A stretch of 64,000 nt of DNA from Chlorobiota bacterium (GCA_026415505.1 JAOAGY010000009.1:71818-135817); one strand, 5' to 3'; shown: positions 1-12,200, numbered from the stretch's first letter. Numbers and translations are program-made. The notes: generated by a model from the letters alone, not told the origin.

Positions 1-258
1 CGTGCAGTCATCGGCGCTGGCGTTCAACTGACCGCTTCGATTCCAGTTTTCGATCTGGTTCGCGAGCGTCTCATTCGTGCCGATGCCGAAGGCTGTCTCG
101 AAATACCGGCAGGTGCCGTCGTCGTCGCCGGCACACGAATGCTCGCCGATTCGTCTTTTGCACGCGAGCACGGTCTCGGTCTTGCGTGTGCGCTCATCGT
201 CAAGTACCGCGACGACCGCACCGACGCGCGAACGGTGCTCGAATCGGCGCTGCGGTAG
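1..258 (+). CDS. dapD: Tetrahydrodipicolinate N-succinyltransferase, 3' end (5'-truncated by the window; not in the ORF track)
   Basis: Frame +1 from base 1 reads RAVIGAGVQLTASIPVFDLV...IPAGAVVVAGTR...LACALIVKYRDDRTDARTVLESALR*, matching the DapD C-terminus. TAG at 256-258. Confidence 0.85.
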   Translation, partial: RAVIGAGVQLTASIPVFDLVRERLIRADAEGCLEIPAGAVVVAGTRMLADSSFAREHGLGLACALIVKYRDDRTDARTVLESALR

Positions 259-288
259 TACTCCGAAGTCGAACATTTTTTGTACACC

Positions 289-501
289 ATGTCACTGCGA
301 AGCAACATCGCGAAGGTTCGTCGTTACGTCCCGCTTGCACACTATGCAACGGCAGCCGTCATGGCAGCAGCGGCTCTGCTGGGCAGCGACGGTTTGGAAG
401 TGTGGTTTTTGATCGCGGCAGCATTGTCGGTTGCAGCGGGCGTCGGCTTCTACGCATTCATGCGGCATGTCGAACGCAAACTCGATGCATCGCAGCGATG
501 A
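289..501 (+). CDS. Small hypothetical membrane protein (2 TM)
   Basis: ATG at 289, two hydrophobic segments, and TGA overlaps the next ATG (ATGA at 498-501). Confidence 0.65.
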   Translation: MSLRSNIAKVRRYVPLAHYATAAVMAAAALLGSDGLEVWFLIAAALSVAAGVGFYAFMRHVERKLDASQR

Positions 502-1691
502 GAGTGCCAAAGACGCCGACCGTTCGCCGCGACGTAACGATTGTGCATCACAGCGACCGGGGCACGATCGCATTCGACGATCCGCTCGGCTACGTTCGCC
601 CCGACTTGATGCTGGAGCAGGAACTCCAGCCGCTGATCGAGTTGCTCGACGGCACAAGAGAATTCGACGGCATCGTATCGGCGACACGGGAACTCTTCGG
701 CTCCGACATCACTGCTCAGCAGATCGCGCAACTTGTCCTCTGGCTCGACGAAGAGCTCGTGCTCGACTCGCCGCACTTTCGCCGCGCACGGCAGTTTTTG
801 GAATCCGACGTCATCGCTGCGGTGTGTGCCGGCAGCGTCTATCCAGCCGAACCGGACCGCCTGCACGATTTTCTCGACGGCGTTCTTCAATCGGCACCGG
901 CACGAGCGTATCCACAGAACGCATGGGCGGCATTCATTCCGCACATCGACTACCGCGTCGCCGCCGAACATTACGCCTATCCGTTCAATGCGCTGCGCCA
1001 AGCGGAGTTCGATTTGATCGTGCACATCGGGACGTCGCATTACGGCTGGCAAGATCGCTTCCTGTTGACGACGAAAGATTTCGAAACACCGTTCGGCAGA
1101 ATCCGCACCGACGTCGAACTCGTCGAAGCGCTCCGACGCGAGGCAGGCGTACCGCTTGTGCGAAACGATCTCGCCTACCAACCCGAACATGCGCTGGAGT
1201 TGCACCACGTGTTCATTCAGTATCTCTTCCCCGATCGTGAGTTCACCGTTCTGCCGGTGCTCGTGACGTCGTTTCACGATTTCGTCGTATCGGGTCAGCA
1301 TCCGAGTACCGATGCCAAGTACGCTGCGTTTACGTCTGCGCTCCGCCGTGTCGTCGAGCAAAGCGGGCGGAGGGCGATCGTTCTCGTCAGTGGCGATCTT
1401 GCGCACATCGGGCGCCGCTTCGGCGACGATTGGGACGCAGCACCGATGCTCGATCGGCTTCGAGGAGAGGATTACGAGGTACTCGATGCGATCGCGCGCG
1501 GCAAAAGCAGCGCTCTTTTCGACACGATCGCACGTGCGCAGGATGCTCGCCGCATCTGCGGCTTTCCACCGGCGATGACTTTTCTCGATGCGTTCGCTCC
1601 CGGTAGCGGAGTCGCGCTCGATTACGGGCAGTGGAACGACCTGCCGACCAAATCCGCCGTGTCGTTCGGCAGTGTCGTCTGGTATCGGTGA
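498..1691 (+). CDS. amrB: AmmeMemoRadiSam protein B (MEMO1 family) with N-terminal extension
   Basis: Motifs AGSVYP, IPHIDY, GTSH, FETPFG, EHALE, SGDLAHIG, ICGFPP, SAVSFGS. Start taken at the ATGA overlap. Confidence 0.85.
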   Translation: MRVPKTPTVRRDVTIVHHSDRGTIAFDDPLGYVRPDLMLEQELQPLIELLDGTREFDGIVSATRELFGSDITAQQIAQLVLWLDEELVLDSPHFRRARQFLESDVIAAVCAGSVYPAEPDRLHDFLDGVLQSAPARAYPQNAWAAFIPHIDYRVAAEHYAYPFNALRQAEFDLIVHIGTSHYGWQDRFLLTTKDFETPFGRIRTDVELVEALRREAGVPLVRNDLAYQPEHALELHHVFIQYLFPDREFTVLPVLVTSFHDFVVSGQHPSTDAKYAAFTSALRRVVEQSGRRAIVLVSGDLAHIGRRFGDDWDAAPMLDRLRGEDYEVLDAIARGKSSALFDTIARAQDARRICGFPPAMTFLDAFAPGSGVALDYGQWNDLPTKSAVSFGSVVWYR

Positions 1692-3176
1692 CTACTCCTC
1701 GTCGTCGTCTTCCAACCGCCGACCGCGCAGCAACGTTCCGAGCATGCCGGTGTACGTCGCGCTCGTCGGGCTTTCCTCTTTGGCGATCTTCGAACAGTTG
1801 TGAAGCGCTTCGAGCACCAGCTCCATCGCGGCTGCTCGAACGGCACGATCGTCGGTATCGGGAGCGATGTACGTGCCGGCGATTTTCTCCAAATCCGGCA
1901 CCGCCGCAAGTCGCGCATAATACTCGTCGAGCGGCATCTCGTCGCCGAGTTCGACCGCATTGCCCTGCTCGAAATATGCGACGATCGGCGCGTACACGTC
2001 GCGTTCGCCGCTTCGCACTTTCGCCAGCGGATCGGGTGCGTACCGCACGAATAGCTCGCGTACCGCTCGACCGACGAGTGCTTTGGCGACTTTGACGGCA
2101 CCTTCCTGTTCGCCCTCGAAGACGAGCTCGATCTTGCCTGTAATCGCCGGCAGCGCTCGCTGGAAATCGAGGATGCGCACTGCGACCGTGGGTTCGCCCG
2201 TGACGATCGCCCGACGTTCGGCATTCGAGACGACCAGCTCTATCAGTGCGATCGTCATCCGCGCCGACACACCGGACGACTGGTCAACGTACTCGCTCTG
2301 GCGCGCGACGAAGCCGACCATTTCGACAAGTTCGGCGATGAAGCGCGGAACGACGACGCGATCGCTGCGAGCGATCCATGCGTTCTCGCGTGTGATGGCG
2401 ATGGCATCGTCGAGCGTGCGCGGATAGTGCGTGATGATCTGCGACTCGATGCGGTCTTTGAGCGGAGTGACGATGCGTCCGCGGCTGGTGTAGTCCTCGG
2501 GGTTCGCGGTGAAAACCATGAGCAGGTCGAGCGGCAAACGAACGGCGAAACCGCGAATCTGAACGTCGCGCTCTTGGAGAATGTTGAACAGCGCCACTTG
2601 AATCCGCGGCTGCAAATCGGGTAGCTCGTTGATGACGAAAATGCCGCGATTGGTGCGCGGAACGATGCCGAAATGCATCGCGCCTTCGTCCGAGTACGAC
2701 AGCCGTCGCACCGCAGCTTTGATCGGGTCGATGTCGCCGATGAGGTCTGCGACCGTCACGTCGGGTGTGGCGAGCTTTTCGCCGTAGCGTTCGCTGCAGT
2801 GAATCCACTCGATGGGCGTCGCATCGCCGTCGCTGGCGACACGATCGCGCGCGTATCGTGAAATCGGGCGCAGTGGGTCGTCGTTGATTTCCGAACCGGC
2901 GACGATCGGCACGTATTCGTCGAGCAAGTTGACCAGCGACCGCGCAAGCCGCGTCTTGGCTTGGCCGCGCAACCCGAGCAGCAGTATGTCGTGGCGCGCC
3001 AGCAGCGCATTGACCAGCTCCGGGATGACCGTTTCATCGAAACCGATGATGCCCGGAAAGAGCGCTTCGCGTCGCCGGAGTTTAGCGATGAGATTGTCGC
3101 GTATCTCGTCCTTGACCGAACGAAGGCGGTAGCCGCTGGCTTTCAATTCGCCGAGCGTCGAAATGGTCGGTTTCAT
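1692..3176 (-). CDS. Magnesium chelatase subunit I-like AAA+ ATPase
   Basis: GLRGQAKTR Walker A variant, KLATPDVTVADLIGDIDP, NRGIFVINELPDL, FTANPEDYTSRGRIVTPLKDR. Confidence 0.85.
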   Translation of the reverse strand: MKPTISTLGELKASGYRLRSVKDEIRDNLIAKLRRREALFPGIIGFDETVIPELVNALLARHDILLLGLRGQAKTRLARSLVNLLDEYVPIVAGSEINDDPLRPISRYARDRVASDGDATPIEWIHCSERYGEKLATPDVTVADLIGDIDPIKAAVRRLSYSDEGAMHFGIVPRTNRGIFVINELPDLQPRIQVALFNILQERDVQIRGFAVRLPLDLLMVFTANPEDYTSRGRIVTPLKDRIESQIITHYPRTLDDAIAITRENAWIARSDRVVVPRFIAELVEMVGFVARQSEYVDQSSGVSARMTIALIELVVSNAERRAIVTGEPTVAVRILDFQRALPAITGKIELVFEGEQEGAVKVAKALVGRAVRELFVRYAPDPLAKVRSGERDVYAPIVAYFEQGNAVELGDEMPLDEYYARLAAVPDLEKIAGTYIAPDTDDRAVRAAAMELVLEALHNCSKIAKEESPTSATYTGMLGTLLRGRRLEDDDEE

Positions 3177-3185
3177 CGCGGAGCC

Positions 3186-4190
3186 TCAGATGATGTTGAC
3201 TTCTTCTTCGAGTTCGACACCGAAGCGCTCTCGAACGGCGGCTTTGATTTCGTCGGCGAGCGTGAGAATGTCGGCACCACGAGCAGCACCGTGATTGACG
3301 AGTACCAGTGCATGCCGCTCATAGACGCCAGCATCGCCGCGACGAACGCCTTTGAAGCCGCACTGCTCGATGAGCCATCCAGCCGAGAGTTTCACGGCGC
3401 CGTTTTGCTGGTAGTGCGGCATCGTAGGGAATCGTTCGAGGAGCGCTGACGCAACATCCGGTTCGACGACGGGATTTTTGAAAAAGCTGCCCGCACTGCC
3501 GAGCTCGTCGGGTGGAAGCTTGCTGCGACGGACTGCGACGACCGCTTCGAAAACGTCGCCGATCGTCACGCTGCGACGATCGGACAAACGCCGCGCAAGC
3601 TCGTCGTAAGCGACGTGTGCTTCGGTGCGCTTTTCCAGCTCGATGCCGATCGCCGTGACGATGAATGCACCTTTCCGCTGGCGCTTGAAAACCGAATCGC
3701 GGTAGCCGAAACGACATTCGGCAGCCGACAAAGTCACCGCTCGCCCGCTGGGAACCTCGACGCCTTCCACCCACCGACACACGTCGGAAAGCTGCTGTCC
3801 GTAGGCGCCGATGTTTTGAATCGGTGCAGCTCCGACGGTACCGGGAATGAGCGCCATCGCCTCGATTCCCGCCCAGCCATTGGATACCGCCCACTCGACG
3901 CATGAATGCCACGAGAGCCCACCACCGAGTCGCAGCACAACGCGCGTCGAGCTTTCTTCGACGACGCTGCGATCGGCGATTTCCATTCGCGCCGCACACG
4001 GTATCGAACGAACCAAGAGAACATTGCTGCCGCCGCCGAGCACCAGCCAATGCGACGTCTTGGGAGCAATCTCGCTGGCGAACGCAATCGCATCGTCGAG
4101 CGAGCCGAGGCGATACAGCTCTCGCACGACTGCGCCGCGAGTGCGGAACGTGGTCAGTTGGTGCGATTCGATATCGCGTTCGATCACCAT
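3186..4190 (-). CDS. murB: UDP-N-acetylenolpyruvoylglucosamine reductase
   Basis: LGGGSNVL, IPGTVGAAPIQNIGAYG, FGYRDSVFK, GSAGSFFKNP, HALVLVN. Start placed at MVIERD. Confidence 0.95.
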   Translation of the reverse strand: MVIERDIESHQLTTFRTRGAVVRELYRLGSLDDAIAFASEIAPKTSHWLVLGGGSNVLLVRSIPCAARMEIADRSVVEESSTRVVLRLGGGLSWHSCVEWAVSNGWAGIEAMALIPGTVGAAPIQNIGAYGQQLSDVCRWVEGVEVPSGRAVTLSAAECRFGYRDSVFKRQRKGAFIVTAIGIELEKRTEAHVAYDELARRLSDRRSVTIGDVFEAVVAVRRSKLPPDELGSAGSFFKNPVVEPDVASALLERFPTMPHYQQNGAVKLSAGWLIEQCGFKGVRRGDAGVYERHALVLVNHGAARGADILTLADEIKAAVRERFGVELEEEVNII

Positions 4191-5293
4191 AGCATGCCGA
4201 GAACGAGTCCGATGACACCGCCGGTATCGAGACGCGGAACGTCGTAGATGCCAGCAGGCGCGATCGAGCAAACAAAAATCACCATCGCGAGAATTCCGAT
4301 CGCCATGCGCCGGCTGTCGAGCGGTCGGGGATCATCGATCGGCGGATGAGCGATGCCGAAGAGAAACCGCGCCAACACTGCCCACATCAACCACCCCGAC
4401 CAGCCCGAATACGCCCACGGAACAATCCGGGCGACAGTGTCGAGCGGCGGCAAAAGCAGTTGCTGCAGCAGTTGCATCAACGTATCGGGATGATCGCCGT
4501 GAAGCATCACACGCAGTGCATCGAGTATCGGACCGATCCCGACGACCGCCAGTGCAATGACCACCCAACGCCCGATACGATGTTGCCAGCGACCGACCAT
4601 CGCATAAAGCACATGCCCACCATCGAGCTGCCCGATCGGCAAAAGATTGAGCGCAGTGACGAACAGCCCGAACCAGCCGACGCACAGAAACGGATAGTGG
4701 TACACCTCGTTCATCGGTGGCACGAATGCATCCGGTGCAGCGAGCGCATGGCGCAGTGCTGCAAAGAGCAGCGTATCGCCGAACGTCAAACCATAGGTCG
4801 GTATCTCCGGCAGCGAGCGATACTCCGGATGGATCGTGAAAAGGTATTCTTTGCCGGGCAGCGTGAGAAAGCCGACGACCAGATACACGACACAGACGAC
4901 AAAACCAGCCAACGGACCAGCGACGCCGATGTCGAACAATGCCGCACGCGATCGAATCGGCGAGCGTGTCCGAATCACGGCACCGAGCGTACCGAACGGC
5001 ATCAGCCAGGGCATCGGCATCGGGATGTAGTACGGCAATGTTGCCGCGACACCGTGCGCGCGAGCGGCAAAGTAGTGCCCGAATTCGTGCACCGAAATGA
5101 ACGTCATCAGCAGTACCGCGTAGGTCAGTCCAGCGCCCCAGTTTTCTACTGCGGTAAAATCGCGTCCAGCCCATGCAGTGCCAGCCATCAATGTCGAAAA
5201 GAACGTCGCCACGAAAAGTACTGCATGCAGGACGTATCGCTGCCGGTCCGGCGGTGGTGCAACGCCAGCAGGAACGATGCGCGTGTAACCCAT
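4184..5293 (-). CDS. Site-2 protease (peptidase M50)
   Basis: HEFGH, GPLAG and [12 protein letters not shown] motifs, multiple TM segments. ATG overlaps the lysS stop. Confidence 0.9.
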   Translation of the reverse strand: MGYTRIVPAGVAPPPDRQRYVLHAVLFVATFFSTLMAGTAWAGRDFTAVENWGAGLTYAVLLMTFISVHEFGHYFAARAHGVAATLPYYIPMPMPWLMPFGTLGAVIRTRSPIRSRAALFDIGVAGPLAGFVVCVVYLVVGFLTLPGKEYLFTIHPEYRSLPEIPTYGLTFGDTLLFAALRHALAAPDAFVPPMNEVYHYPFLCVGWFGLFVTALNLLPIGQLDGGHVLYAMVGRWQHRIGRWVVIALAVVGIGPILDALRVMLHGDHPDTLMQLLQQLLLPPLDTVARIVPWAYSGWSGWLMWAVLARFLFGIAHPPIDDPRPLDSRRMAIGILAMVIFVCSIAPAGIYDVPRLDTGGVIGLVLGMLW

Positions 5294-6822
5294 CAGGCTT
5301 CGATCGGTCGTTGGGAATGTTCCGGACGCATCAGCGGGAAGAGAATCACGTCGCGAATCGAGGCAGCACCGGTCATCAGCATCGCCAGTCGGTCGATGCC
5401 GATGCCGAGACCGGCTGTCGGCGGCATACCGACTTCGAGTGCCATGAGGAAATCTTCGTCGAGCACCATCGCTTCGTCGTCGCCACCGGCACGAAGCCGC
5501 GCTTGCTCTTCGAAACGTTGGCGTTGGTCGCGGGGGTCGTTGAGCTCGCTGAACGCATTGGCGATCTCCATCCCGCCGATGTACAACTCGAAGCGCTCGA
5601 CGAGCATTGGATCGTCCCGGTGCCGCTTGGCAAGCGGCGACATTTCCACCGGATGATCGGTGACGAACGTCGGTGCAACCAGTGTCGGTTGAACGAGCGT
5701 GCTGAAGAGTTCGTCGATGAGCTTGGCTTTCGATGCCGAGGGTGCGACATCTACATCGTGGCGGCGGCAGAGCGTGTAGAGTTCTTCGCGAGAGAGCGAC
5801 TCGATGCGCTGACCGATCGCATCGCTGATCGCATCGAGCAACCGAACGCGGCGGAACGGTCGCTCCAGCGGTATCCCCGTGCCGTCGGCGCGGAGAAGCG
5901 TCGGCTCGCCTCGCACCTGGCTGGTGACGGTCACCAGCAGCTCTTCGGTCATGTCCATGAGCCAGTGATAGTCGCGATAGGCGACGTAGATTTCGAGCGC
6001 CGTGAATTCCGGATTGTGCATCCGGTCTATGCCTTCGTTGCGGAAGTTCTTCGAGATTTCGTACACGCCCTCGAAGCCCCCGACGATGAGTCGCTTGAGG
6101 TACAATTCGTCGGCGATGCGCAAGTAGAGCGGCATGTCGAGCGCATTGAGATGCGTCACGAACGGTCGCGCAGTGGCTCCGCCGTAGATCGGTTGCAGAA
6201 CCGGCGTTTCGACTTCGAGCCAACCGCGTTCGTCGAAGAAGCGGCGGATGGCTGTAATCATGCGGCTCCGCTGGATGAACGTTTGTCGCACGTGCGAATT
6301 GACGATCAGGTCGAGATAGCGCCGACGGTATCGCTGTTCTTTGTCGGTGAATGCATCGTGAACGATGACGTTCCCGTGCTCGTCGCGCTCTTCTTTGACC
6401 ACCGGCAGCGGTCGGAGCGACTTGCAGAGCAACGCCAGCAAGCGCGCATGAACGGTGATTTCGCCAGCGCGTGTGCGAAAAACGAATCCACGGACACCCA
6501 CGATGTCGCCGATGTCGAGCAAGCGCAGCATCTCGTATTGGCTCGGCAGTTCGTCGGCTTTGATGTAGCACTGAATCTTGCCGTCGGCATCCTGAATGTG
6601 GAAGAACGTCGCTTTCCCCATCCGCCGAATCGCCATGATGCGACCGGCGACAGCCACGTCGGCAAGCGGCGATGGATCGTCGTCACGGAACGTTTCGAGA
6701 ATCTGTCGCGAAGTGTGCGTTCGATCGAAGCTGTGCGGGTACGGTTCGACGCCGCGGGCGATGAGCTCGTCCAGCTCTTCGTAGCGGCGGCGAATTTGGT
6801 CGTTCTCGAATTCGATGCTCAT
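5293..6822 (-). CDS. lysS: Lysine--tRNA ligase (class II)
   Basis: OB-fold ([13 protein letters not shown]), [47 protein letters not shown]. Confidence 0.97.
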   Translation of the reverse strand: MSIEFENDQIRRRYEELDELIARGVEPYPHSFDRTHTSRQILETFRDDDPSPLADVAVAGRIMAIRRMGKATFFHIQDADGKIQCYIKADELPSQYEMLRLLDIGDIVGVRGFVFRTRAGEITVHARLLALLCKSLRPLPVVKEERDEHGNVIVHDAFTDKEQRYRRRYLDLIVNSHVRQTFIQRSRMITAIRRFFDERGWLEVETPVLQPIYGGATARPFVTHLNALDMPLYLRIADELYLKRLIVGGFEGVYEISKNFRNEGIDRMHNPEFTALEIYVAYRDYHWLMDMTEELLVTVTSQVRGEPTLLRADGTGIPLERPFRRVRLLDAISDAIGQRIESLSREELYTLCRRHDVDVAPSASKAKLIDELFSTLVQPTLVAPTFVTDHPVEMSPLAKRHRDDPMLVERFELYIGGMEIANAFSELNDPRDQRQRFEEQARLRAGGDDEAMVLDEDFLMALEVGMPPTAGLGIGIDRLAMLMTGAASIRDVILFPLMRPEHSQRPIEA

Positions 6823-6855
6823 GTCGGAAAGTGTCAACAGTTGAGCCGATGGGCG

Positions 6856-6863
6856 CAAATATA
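6856..6863 (-). promoter_or_regulatory. Bacteroidota-type -7 box TATATTTG upstream of lysS
   Basis: Matches TAnnTTTG, about 35 nt upstream of the ATG. Confidence 0.6.
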
Positions 6864-6945
6864 CCAGCGCTTTGTCGGCTGGCAGTCAATGCCGCGTGCG
6901 GTCGTTCGTCAATTGCCACGCACGTTTTCATCGAGCAGCATCCTG

Positions 6946-7644
6946 ATGCGAATCGATCTGGTTTGTCCTGTCCCGCAGTCCATCGAATCGCTGGTGACCA
7001 CCGGCATCGTCGGGCGTGCCCGCGATCGTGGAATCGTCGAAATCGTGCTCCACAACTTGCACGACTACGCCGACAACCGTTTCGGTCACATCGACGACGA
7101 ACCATACGGTGGCGGCGCTGGCATGGTGATTCGCTGCGAGCCGGTCTTTGCGTGCATCGAGCGGTTGCTCGCCGAGCGGCAGTACGACGACGTGATTTAC
7201 ATGACGCCCGATGGTCAGACGCTGACACAGTCGGTGGTCAACGAGCTGTCGCTCGAGCGGAATATCATCGTGCTCGCCGGACGCTACAAAGGCGTCGATC
7301 AACGCATTCGCGACGCGCTCGTCACGCGGGAGATTTCCATCGGCGACTACGTCATCAGCAGCGGTGAACTTGCCGCTGCCGTGCTCGTGGATGCGATCGT
7401 GCGACTCGTTCCCGGCGCAATCAGCGATGCCGAAAGTGCGCTCGACGATTCGTTCCAGGATGGTCTGCTGTCGGCACCTGTGTACACCAGACCGGCGGTG
7501 TTTCGCGGCATGGAAGTGCCACCGGTGCTGCGCAGCGGCGATCACGAGGCAATTCGTCGCTGGCGCTACGAGCAAGCCTTGCTTCGCACGCAGCAACGAC
7601 GACCCGATCTTCTCGTGCACTATCGAACGGACCAGGCGCAATGA
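6946..7644 (+). CDS. trmD: tRNA (guanine37-N1)-methyltransferase
   Basis: [52 protein letters not shown]. Confidence 0.95.
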   Translation: MRIDLVCPVPQSIESLVTTGIVGRARDRGIVEIVLHNLHDYADNRFGHIDDEPYGGGAGMVIRCEPVFACIERLLAERQYDDVIYMTPDGQTLTQSVVNELSLERNIIVLAGRYKGVDQRIRDALVTREISIGDYVISSGELAAAVLVDAIVRLVPGAISDAESALDDSFQDGLLSAPVYTRPAVFRGMEVPPVLRSGDHEAIRRWRYEQALLRTQQRRPDLLVHYRTDQAQ

Positions 7645-8321
7645 AAGCCGTGGTGTTGCTCTCGGGCGGAATGGATTCGCTCGTAACGCTGGCGATCGTG
7701 CGTGCCGAAGGGTACGACGCCGCAGCATTGCACCTCAACTACGGACAGCGCACCCAGGAGCGAGAACTTCGTGCGTTCACCGACATTTGCGACCACTACG
7801 GAATCGGCGACCGTTTGGTCGTCGACGTCGGCTACCTATCGGCAATCGGCGGAAGCAGTTTGACCGATCCTCGCATCGAGGTCGAACGAGCCAATCTGGA
7901 GCGCCGCGGCATTCCCAGCAGCTACGTGCCGTTCCGCAATGCGAACATCTTGGCTATCGCCACCAGTTGGGCAGAAGTCCTCGGCGCTCGTGCAATCGCG
8001 ATCGGCGCGGTCGAGGAAGATTCGAGTGGATACCCCGATTGTCGCCAGGAGTTTTTCCGCGCATTCGAACGCGTCATTGCGCTCGGCACCAAGCCCGACA
8101 CGAACATCTCGATTTTGACACCAGTGATCCACATGCGCAAAGACGAGATCGTCCGCCGTGGCGCCGAACTCGATGCACCGTTCCACCTGTCGTGGAGCTG
8201 TTACCAGCGGAGCGACGTTGCCTGCGGTCAGTGCGACTCGTGCGCATTGCGATTGCGTGGTTTCCAGCGTGCCGGAATTCCCGATCCTATCCCCTACGCT
8301 ACGATTCCGCAGTATGCATAA
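7641..8321 (+). CDS. queC: 7-cyano-7-deazaguanine synthase
   Basis: SGGMDS, YGQR, SYVPFRN, YPDCR, SWSCY, CGQCDSC. Confidence 0.95.
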   Translation: MKAVVLLSGGMDSLVTLAIVRAEGYDAAALHLNYGQRTQERELRAFTDICDHYGIGDRLVVDVGYLSAIGGSSLTDPRIEVERANLERRGIPSSYVPFRNANILAIATSWAEVLGARAIAIGAVEEDSSGYPDCRQEFFRAFERVIALGTKPDTNISILTPVIHMRKDEIVRRGAELDAPFHLSWSCYQRSDVACGQCDSCALRLRGFQRAGIPDPIPYATIPQYA

Positions 8322-9192
8322 ATGGTTCAGCCGGCGTCGAGCTGACCGAAGAGCGCTCGATCGGTACACCGACCAAATTGCCCCACTCCGTCCACGAACC
8401 GTCGTAATTGCGCACCGATCGGAATCCGAGCAGGTACCGCAGAACGAACCACGTATGGCTCGATCGCTCGCCGATGCGGCAATAGACGACGACATCGTCG
8501 TCGGGCGATAGCCTGCCCTCGTTGCAGTAGATGCGGTAGAGTTCGTCGGCGGTTTTGAACGTGCCGTTCTCGCGAACCGCCATATTCCACGGCACGTTGA
8601 TGGCACCTGGAATATGCCCTGCTCGCAGCGCCGATTCCTGCGGGAAATCCGGATTGTGTGTGACGACGCCATCGAATTCGCTTCTGGAGCGGACGTCCAC
8701 CAGTTTCCCCCGTCGCTCGATATGACGCAGGACGTCGTCCCGATAGGCGCGAATACTCGACACGATCGTCGGGACGGGATAGTTCGTCTCCGGATAGGTC
8801 GGGACATCCCACGAGACCGGTTTTCGCTCGTTGAACCATTTCGACCGTCCGCCGTCCATAATGCAGCATTTGGAGTGCCCGAAGTAGTTGAACACCCACA
8901 ACGCATGACATGCCCACCAATTCGACTGATCGCCGTAGAAAATCACCGTCGTTTCGGGCGTGATCCCGAGCCGCGAACACAAGCGTGCGAATTCTTCCGG
9001 CTCGATGAATTCCCGTCGGACTGGATGCCAAAAGTTCGTCAGCCAGTCCACCTGCACCGCACCGGGAATGTGACCGGCAGAATAGAGCAGCGGATTTTCG
9101 TCCGCTTCGATGATCCGGTAGTGTTCGGTATCGTGCAGTATCGCTTCGACCTGATCGGTCGTCATCAGCATCTCTGGGTGAGCGTATTCCAT
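8299..9192 (-). CDS. Tandem-domain rhodanese / thiosulfate sulfurtransferase
   Basis: GHIPGA twice, active loop [10 protein letters not shown]-terminal signature YDGSWTEW. Confidence 0.92.
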   Translation of the reverse strand: MEYAHPEMLMTTDQVEAILHDTEHYRIIEADENPLLYSAGHIPGAVQVDWLTNFWHPVRREFIEPEEFARLCSRLGITPETTVIFYGDQSNWWACHALWVFNYFGHSKCCIMDGGRSKWFNERKPVSWDVPTYPETNYPVPTIVSSIRAYRDDVLRHIERRGKLVDVRSRSEFDGVVTHNPDFPQESALRAGHIPGAINVPWNMAVRENGTFKTADELYRIYCNEGRLSPDDDVVVYCRIGERSSHTWFVLRYLLGFRSVRNYDGSWTEWGNLVGVPIERSSVSSTPAEPFMHTAES

Positions 9193-9225
9193 TGCCGCTC
9201 CGGGCGATGATGAAACATGCAACGG

Positions 9226-9233
9226 TAATTTTG
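9226..9233 (+). promoter_or_regulatory. -7 box TAATTTTG upstream of the SBBP-repeat operon
   Basis: Matches TAnnTTTG, about 30 nt before the start. Confidence 0.55.
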
Positions 9234-9265
9234 CTCTCGAACGCTATGCTCGGAATCGCTCGCGC

Positions 9266-12200
9266 ATGTATCGAATGTTCCGTGTGCACTGGGCACTGGC
9301 ATTCCTGATCGGAAGTTCAGCAAGTGCTGTGCCAATGGTGCAAGGTTTTATCGAAAACGTCGGGCAGCTACCGTCGGAAGTCCGGTATTACGCACCGCTC
9401 GGCAGTGGAATGCTGTACGTGACCGCACGCGGCTATGGCTACGTTCTCTACCGCCAGCATCTGCGCATGACGCAGAGATTTGCGGCGTCGCGCATCGAGC
9501 TTCGCACGCAGAGCCAGCAGCCGGCTCGCATCGAAGCGACCGATCAACACTTCGCAACACTGAATTTCTACCGGGGCAATGTGCGATACGAGGGTGTGCG
9601 CGTTTTCCGTCGTGTCGTGCTCGGCGAGCTGTTTCCTGGCATTGACGCAGTGCTGACGTACCACCCCAGCGGGCGAATCAAGTGTGACTACATCGTCAGT
9701 GCCGGTTCCGATCCGTCGCGCATCGCATTCAGCGTCGTCGCTGCTGAGCCGAGCATCGGCGAAAGTCAGAAGCTGCACCTTCGGACGTCTCTTGGTACGA
9801 TCGTCGAAGCGGCGCCGGTGTCGTACCAAGACGGACGAACCGTTCGCACACGATACGTCCTCGATGGCACAACGCTTCGGTTCGCGTTCGACGACTTCAT
9901 CACGACTGACGCACCACTGACGATAGACCCCGAAATCGAGTGGTCGAGCTTCATCGGGGGCAGTGCTTCCGATCAAGTCGCACACGTGCGAACCGATCGG
10001 GACCGCAGCATCGTCGTGCTGGGACGAACGCAATCGCTCGACTTCCCCACGCGAATGGGATACACGGCGACCTTGCGTGGCGACTACGACGCGTTCATTG
10101 CCAAATACAGCGCAAGCGGCACATTGCTGTGGGCGACGTACTACGGTGGCTTGCGGCGAGAGATTCACAACCTCGATCACTGCGATTTGGTGATCGCTAC
10201 GAGCGGTAACGTCGTCATCACCGGCTGTACGCAAAGCGACGACCTACCGATGACACCCACTGCGTTTCAACGATCGAAAGCTTCCTCGATGCCCAGTGGT
10301 TACGACCTCTTTCTGGCGGAATTTTCGCCGAACGGACAATTGGTATGGTCGAGCTATTGCGGCGGGCACGACAACGAAGATGCATTCGGTATCGCTACCG
10401 ACAGAACTGGCAATATCTACGTCGCCGGACACACATCTTCCGATGTGCTGCCGATCACAACGCCTGCGACACCGGTCGTTGCTCGTAAGCCGACAGGTTC
10501 ACAGGATGTATTCATCCTCAAATTATCTCCCCAGCGACAGCCGCTGTGGGTGTACTTCATTGGTGGCGCTAACGTCGAAACAGCAACCGACATTGTCACC
10601 GACACCAGGGGCGGAGTTTACGTGTGCGGTTATACGCAAAGTGTGGACTTCCCCACATTCGGAGCTGGTGTGTATCAAAGCATCAAAACTGCTGGCAACG
10701 ACGGTTTCGTCATCAAGCTCGATGGGCTGGGACAATTGCAATGGGCGACGCTTCTCGGGGGCAATGGCGAAGATTACTGCACATCGCTTGCGCTCGACTC
10801 GTCGTTCGATCGGCGCTTGATCGTCGGCGGCACAACGAGCAGCACCGACATGTGGTATCGAGCTGCCGAAGGAAAAACACTCGGCGGCAGTAGCGACGGC
10901 TTCATCGCAGCACTCGATGGACGCAATGGTGCTGGACAATGGGTAGCATATCACGGCGGCACGAATTTCGACGAGCTGACCGCAGTAGCAATAGACCCGA
11001 ACAACTTCATCATCGCGGTCGGTCGAACACTCGGAGAGTATCCAACCAAAGCAGCGCCACAGCCCGACTATCGCGGCGGCGGCGGCGACATCTTCGTCGC
11101 CAAGCTGACACCTGATGGCAAGGTACAGTGGGCGACATACGTCGGTGGAAGCTTCCGTGACCGAGCATCCGACGTCGCAATTGACGGGAACACCAACTTC
11201 GTCGTTGTCGGGCAATCTGCCAGTGCTGATTTTCCGATACTCGGTACGGCTCCACAAGCTCAATTGGGCAATCCATCCGGCATAGACGATGGCGTGCTCG
11301 TCAAGTTCTGCAACATCGTCATTCCGACAGCGATCGTTTCAGGTACGCCAGAGTTCTGTCGCGGAGAATCTCGCATCCTTACGGCAACTGGCAGTAGCTC
11401 CGTGCAATACGACTCGTACCAATGGGAGCTCGGTGGCGTACCGATCTCTGGGGCAACCGAACCGACGTACACGATACCGGCAACGCTCGATTCCGGTACA
11501 TACCGCTACGTCTGTCGTGTTACGAATACGGCTCGATGCCCGGCTGTGACCGATACCATCGTTGTTCGTATCAACCCGCTGCCGACGATCGGCAGTCGGC
11601 AATTTGTGATTTGTTACGGCGATCCGATACGCCTCGATTCGATTCCGATCACTGGTATCGAACCCTTGCGATACCGATGGTCCGGCGAGCCACCACCGGA
11701 CGATCCCACCTCGCGTGCACCATTGGTGCATCCTGCAACGACCACCACGTACACGGTGCATGTCACCGATGCCAATGGCTGCACTGCCGAGCAATCGTTC
11801 ACAGTACTCGTATTGCCGATTTCTCGCTTGCCGATTGCAATCGAGGGTCAGCGCAGTTTCTGTGAGGGCGACTCGGCAATTTTATCGGTACCGAACGATA
11901 TCGGGTCAATACGCTGGAACACAGGCGAGACAACGCCAACGATTACAGTTCGCACCAGTGGACAGTACTTTGCAGTGCTCTCCCTGCCGAGCGGCTGCGA
12001 AGGTTACACCGACACCGTCGCTATTGCCGTCAAAGCGCGTCCGAAACCATCGCTCATATTCGACGGTTCGAAGCTTGCAACGACAGAACGCTTCGATCGG
12101 TACCAGTGGATGCTCGATGATTCGCTCATCGCAGGCGAGACAGCTCCGACGCTCGAACCGCAGCGCAGCGGAAAGTATCGCGTGTTGGTCGAGGCGGACG

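Noticed and set aside
5294-6571. Site-2 protease frame open far into lysS (possible frameshift fusion)
   Set aside because: The extension is Arg/Ala-rich off-frame sequence typical of GC-rich genes. A TGATG overlap explains the real start, and no slippery site was seen.
5173-6945. Long N-terminal extension of the trmD ORF (823 aa)
   Set aside because: It is the antisense shadow of lysS. TrmD homology begins at ATG 6946.
7641-9192. queC plus sulfurtransferase as a DNA-modification or defence system (Dpd/Qat-like)
   Set aside because: QueC is canonical and coupled to trmD, the rhodanese is convergent, and no dpdA or other defence genes are present.
9930-11310. Repetitive sequence as a CRISPR or DNA repeat array
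   Set aside because: The repeats are degenerate protein-level SBBP units within one ORF, and there are no cas genes.
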